In this document: piece by piece, positions 13,476 through 16,453 of the stretch | Layout: each line of letters starts with the position of its first letter | Numbering within the stretch: the stretch's first letter is position 1 | Assembly: GCA_023392475.1 (NCBI GenBank) | Contig: JAEVZA010000233.1 | Location: 1 to 16,453 of the forward strand | DNA from: Actinomycetes bacterium | GTDB taxonomy: Bacteria; Actinomycetota; Acidimicrobiia; Acidimicrobiales; Microtrichaceae | Direction: 5' to 3' | Length of the DNA stretch: 16,453 nucleotides | The notes under the pieces: generated by a model | Database searches by the model: none | The model's input: the letters and a program-made list of their open reading frames with translations, nothing else | Told to the model about the DNA's origin: nothing | Translations under genes and position numbers: made by a program

Positions 13476-15533
13476 TCAGGCGCCCTCGGGGGGTGCGCCG
13501 TCGGGCAGCGGGGGCGGCGTGGCCCCCGGCTCGACGGCGCCGACTTCCACGACGGCGTCGACCTCGGCCTCGCCGTCGTGGCTGCCGTTGCCGCCGTGCC
13601 CGTTCGAGCTGCCGTTCCCGTCGACGCCCGGCTGCGCCGCGAGGTTGCGCATGAGCAGCGCGCCGAGCCCGCCGATCACCCCGCCGCTGTCGCTGCCGAC
13701 CTGGATGTCGGGGACGATCTTGACGTGGCCCGACGCCACCTCGCGGAGCGCGGCCACCAGGGCCGTCTGCTCCGAGCCGATCGCGCGGCGCTGGGCGTCG
13801 AAGCCCTTGGCCCGGGCCAGGCCGAGCGCCTCCTCGGCCGTGGCGTTGGCGTTGCCGATGTCCCGGGTGCGGGTCGCCTCGGCGGCGCCGGTCACGGTGA
13901 TCACGCTCGCCTCGCCGTCGGCGCGGGCACGGGCGGCCTCGGCGCGGGACTTCTCGATGTCGATCGAGACGTTCGCCTGCGCGAGCTGCGCCTGCATGTC
14001 GGCCACGCCCCGCTGCTGCTCGAGGCTGACGCGGGCCTCCTGCGCCGACTTCTGCTGCGCGAAGGTCGACCGCTCCTGCGCCGCGATCTCCCGGCTCGTC
14101 AGCACCTCGACGAGGTCCGCGGGGAACACGACGTCCTGGATGTAGACGCCCCGCGTCTCCACCTCGTAGCGGGACAGGTACCCCTGGATGTAGACCTCGG
14201 CCGCGCTCTGGACCTCGTCGCGCTTCTCGATGAACTCGGTGGCACCGAGGGTCTGCAGCTTGTTGCGGAAGTAGTTGCCGACGGCCGACTGCAGCACCTC
14301 GTTCACGAGGTTCTGCATCGTCCCGACCATGCTGATGACCTTCGGCGCCCGGGTGTCGGGCACGTGGATCTGCACCTGGAGGTCGATCGAGAAGGTGAAC
14401 GCCTCCTTCGACTTCGCCTCGATCGGTGCGAGCCGCTCGTCGAGGCTGTGGGCCTCGCTGGTGGCGTGCGACCAGTTGAGGGTCAGGATCGAGGTCGGCA
14501 CGATCTCCGCCTCGTAGATGCGCGGGTTCAGCGTGTACTTGCCGGTGCGCAGCGGCTCCGACCAGATGCCCTGGTGACCCGGCTTCACGATCGAGCCGAA
14601 CTTGAACTCCTCGCCGGAGGTGTCCTCGGTGGGCAGGCCGACGTAGGCCTTCATCACCGCGACCTCGCCCTGGCGGACGACGAGCATCTCCCGCAGCTCG
14701 ACGTTCACGAGGTACGGGTTCAGGAGGTACGAGCCGTACAGCAACGGGTCGTGCTGGAGGCCGATGCAGCCGCCGCTGTCCAGGAACGCCTGGTAGTCCT
14801 GGTAGTTGTCGTGCAGGTCGTTCTTGGCCTTCAGGACGGCCTGGATGATCCCGCTCGCCGACCCGGCGCCCGACTGCTCCATCGCGGTGACGTCGGCGAA
14901 CCCGCCGATGCGGCTCGCGATGTCGCCCGACGGCGGACCCTCGAGCGTGGTGACGACGCCGACGATGTCACGGTCGCCCTGCGGCGTGATGTGGGCGACG
15001 CGCAGGGCGTTCGGGTCGACCTGGTCGACCGCGGCCAGCGTCGACTCGGAGAGCACCTTGCCGAACGTCTGGTCGCTGGTGATGATGACGAACCCGACCG
15101 GGTGGATCGGCGCCGTGGTGCCCGGGGGCAGGACGGGGCGCTGGACGCCGCGCTGGCCGCCCAGCTCGAGGAACGTGGCGAGGTCGGCGAAGTTGCCGAA
15201 CTCGGAGCGGTAGGCCGCGGACTTGGCGCCCGTCGGCAGGGCTAGGCCGACCTGCGCGATCACGAGGCCGATGTGGTCGGGCGCGACCTGCACCCACGGG
15301 TAGCGCTCGACCTTGTAGAGCGGCCACGGCTTGAAGCGGAGACCGGGCATCAGCAGGGCGGCCTGGTAGCCGGCCTCGCCGTGCAGGGCGACGAGCTGGT
15401 CGTCACCGAGCTTGCGGCCGATGCGCTTGGTCACGAGGCCGACCTGCGCCGGGCCCACGGAGTGGAAGCTCCGGGCGATGACGGCCAGCAACAGCACGGC
15501 CACGGCGATGACGACGATGACGACGGTGATCAT
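13476..15533 (-). CDS. Flotillin-like SPFH/Band-7 domain protein (685 aa from ATG 15533; track GTG at 15563 adds 10 aa)
   Basis: N-terminal membrane anchor MITVVIVVIAVAVLLLAVIA (compare B. subtilis FloT MTMPIIMIIGVVFFLLIALIAV), then an SPFH domain, then a long Glu/Ala/Gln-rich coiled-coil (AQERSTFAQQKSAQEARVSLEQQRG...AEAARARADGEAS) typical of flotillins, and a Gly/Asn-rich C-terminal tail. Confidence 0.85.
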   Translation of the reverse strand: MITVVIVVIAVAVLLLAVIARSFHSVGPAQVGLVTKRIGRKLGDDQLVALHGEAGYQAALLMPGLRFKPWPLYKVERYPWVQVAPDHIGLVIAQVGLALPTGAKSAAYRSEFGNFADLATFLELGGQRGVQRPVLPPGTTAPIHPVGFVIITSDQTFGKVLSESTLAAVDQVDPNALRVAHITPQGDRDIVGVVTTLEGPPSGDIASRIGGFADVTAMEQSGAGSASGIIQAVLKAKNDLHDNYQDYQAFLDSGGCIGLQHDPLLYGSYLLNPYLVNVELREMLVVRQGEVAVMKAYVGLPTEDTSGEEFKFGSIVKPGHQGIWSEPLRTGKYTLNPRIYEAEIVPTSILTLNWSHATSEAHSLDERLAPIEAKSKEAFTFSIDLQVQIHVPDTRAPKVISMVGTMQNLVNEVLQSAVGNYFRNKLQTLGATEFIEKRDEVQSAAEVYIQGYLSRYEVETRGVYIQDVVFPADLVEVLTSREIAAQERSTFAQQKSAQEARVSLEQQRGVADMQAQLAQANVSIDIEKSRAEAARARADGEASVITVTGAAEATRTRDIGNANATAEEALGLARAKGFDAQRRAIGSEQTALVAALREVASGHVKIVPDIQVGSDSGGVIGGLGALLMRNLAAQPGVDGNGSSNGHGGNGSHDGEAEVDAVVEVGAVEPGATPPPLPDGAPPEGA

Positions 15534-15576
15534 CGGTGGTGCCGCCTTCCCCTCCGTCGGCACGGAGTCGGTTCCT

Positions 15577-15594
15577 GCCCCGCCGGTGCGGGGC
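15577..15594 (-). promoter_or_regulatory. Stable GC hairpin (GCCCCGC-CGGT-GCGGGGC) in the 5' leader of the flotillin gene, just upstream of its RBS
   Basis: 7-bp perfect stem with a 4-nt loop. It lies between the stop of the 244-aa gene (15627) and the flotillin start (15533/15563). There is no U-tract on the sense strand. Confidence 0.35.
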
Positions 15595-15626
15595 TCGTTG
15601 TCTGCTCCGAGCGTACGTTCGTCGCG

Positions 15627-16361
15627 TCAGGAAGCGGTCGCGAAGGCGTCGACGTCGGCGACCAGCGCGTAGCCGAGGTGCAGCCGGCCCTCACGGGCCT
15701 CGCCGCCGACCTCCACGTCCACCCGTGCACCCAGGTACACGGCCGGCTCCAAGGGGTCGGGGCCGTCGGTCGCGTCGGGGTCGAGCGACCCGACGCGCAC
15801 CAGCGAGTGGCCGGCGAGCCGCTCGGACCGCCAGACCGACTGGTCGTACGCCGCCGACACGAAGAGGCCGCCACGGGGGTTGAAGACGTCGTCGATGACC
15901 CGGAACGTGCCCGGCGAGTCCCCCGCCCGGAGCTCCAGCCGGCGGGCGCAGACGTCGGACCGCGGGCCCCGGTCGAGCGCGGCCGGGACGTCCTGCGTGC
16001 GGAACAGCCCGAGCGTCAGCCGGGTGCCGGGCGGCAGGGCGTCGACGGCGAGCCGGCCGTCCACGGCCGCGACGGCGAGGACGCCGCGCTGGGCGGCCCG
16101 GCGGCGGACGTCGGCCAGGCGCGCCTCGTGGGTCTCGGCGAGCGCGTCCCGGAGCTCGGCGTCGTCGAAGAGGCGTGACAGCACGCCCCACTGCTGCTCG
16201 GCCGGGAGCCGGTCGAACACCTCGCGGGCCAGCTCGGCGCGGCGGCGGTCGGGGATGGCGTCCAGCGCCGCGGCGAACGACTCCACCGAGGCCGAGTCGT
16301 CGGCGGTGAAGCGCTCCACCTCGGCGCGGATCTCGCGGGCGAGGTCGAGGTACGGCGCCAT
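15627..16361 (-). CDS. Hypothetical protein (244 aa), acidic, no recognised domain. It sits immediately upstream of, and co-directional with, the flotillin gene.
   Basis: ATG at 16361 preceded by GAGGT with a 7-nt spacer. GC3-rich coding-like frame. The overlapping track ORFs 15691..16425(-) and 16016..16417(-) are Arg-rich frame shadows. Confidence 0.65.
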   Translation of the reverse strand: MAPYLDLAREIRAEVERFTADDSASVESFAAALDAIPDRRRAELAREVFDRLPAEQQWGVLSRLFDDAELRDALAETHEARLADVRRRAAQRGVLAVAAVDGRLAVDALPPGTRLTLGLFRTQDVPAALDRGPRSDVCARRLELRAGDSPGTFRVIDDVFNPRGGLFVSAAYDQSVWRSERLAGHSLVRVGSLDPDATDGPDPLEPAVYLGARVDVEVGGEAREGRLHLGYALVADVDAFATAS

Positions 16362-16453
16362 CGCGTCGACCTCGGCCGCAGCCGCTCCATCTCGCGCGCC
16401 TGCTCGTCGCCTGCCACGCCGGCACCCTACGTGGGTCCGCGCCGGAACCGGCA

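Noticed and set aside
13578-15245. 555-aa plus-strand ORF and 13519..14145, 14275..14517, 14806..15213, 14968..15327(-), 15273..16178(+), 15412..15672, 15530..15874(-), 15536..15883, 15691..16425(-), 16016..16417(-)
   Set aside because: Shadows of the flotillin and 244-aa genes. No motifs, extreme Arg/Gly/Pro content.
1-16453. CRISPR arrays, tRNA/rRNA genes, IS elements, integrases, phage or defence-system genes
   Set aside because: No short direct-repeat/spacer arrays, no tRNA-like cloverleaf candidates in intergenic regions, no transposase/integrase/nuclease/helicase-like ORFs in any frame. The only repeat is the 2-copy 30-bp duplication at 7932-7991.

Overview
High-GC (~72%), gene-dense Actinomycetota chromosomal segment. 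Third codon positions are strongly GC-biased and GTG starts are frequent. I support 18 protein-coding genes; there are no rRNA, tRNA, CRISPR, transposase or integrase signatures, and no long repeats apart from one 30-bp tandem duplication. On the minus strand, in transcription order: a sphingosine-1-phosphate-lyase-family PLP enzyme, a PIG-L/LmbE deacetylase, and a fructosamine/ketosamine-kinase-family kinase that runs off the window start. A divergent CsaA-like tRNA-binding protein follows. Next comes a translationally coupled pair of F420-type enzymes (PPOX-class then LLM-class), then a GtrA-family membrane protein, an MFS transporter and an SGNH/GDSL lipoprotein hydrolase. On the minus strand again: a second PPOX-class F420 protein, an ECF sigma factor with a SnoaL-like C-terminal extension, and a DUF3386-like protein. 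On the plus strand, a MerR-type HTH + TOBE (molybdate-binding) regulator precedes a modABC operon whose start and stop codons overlap as GTGA. A 695-aa flotillin/SPFH protein is preceded by an unrecognised 244-aa protein. The many long ORFs in the track rich in Arg/Gly/Pro are antisense or out-of-frame shadows of these genes, expected at this GC content. The most interesting candidate is the co-directional lyase-deacetylase-kinase module; secondary candidates are the F420-PPOX/ECF-sigma/DUF3386 triad and the flotillin with its unknown partner. Coordinates follow the supplied ORF track. My hand indexing differs from the track by one base near 4147 and near 10153, so treat start codons as ±3 nt.
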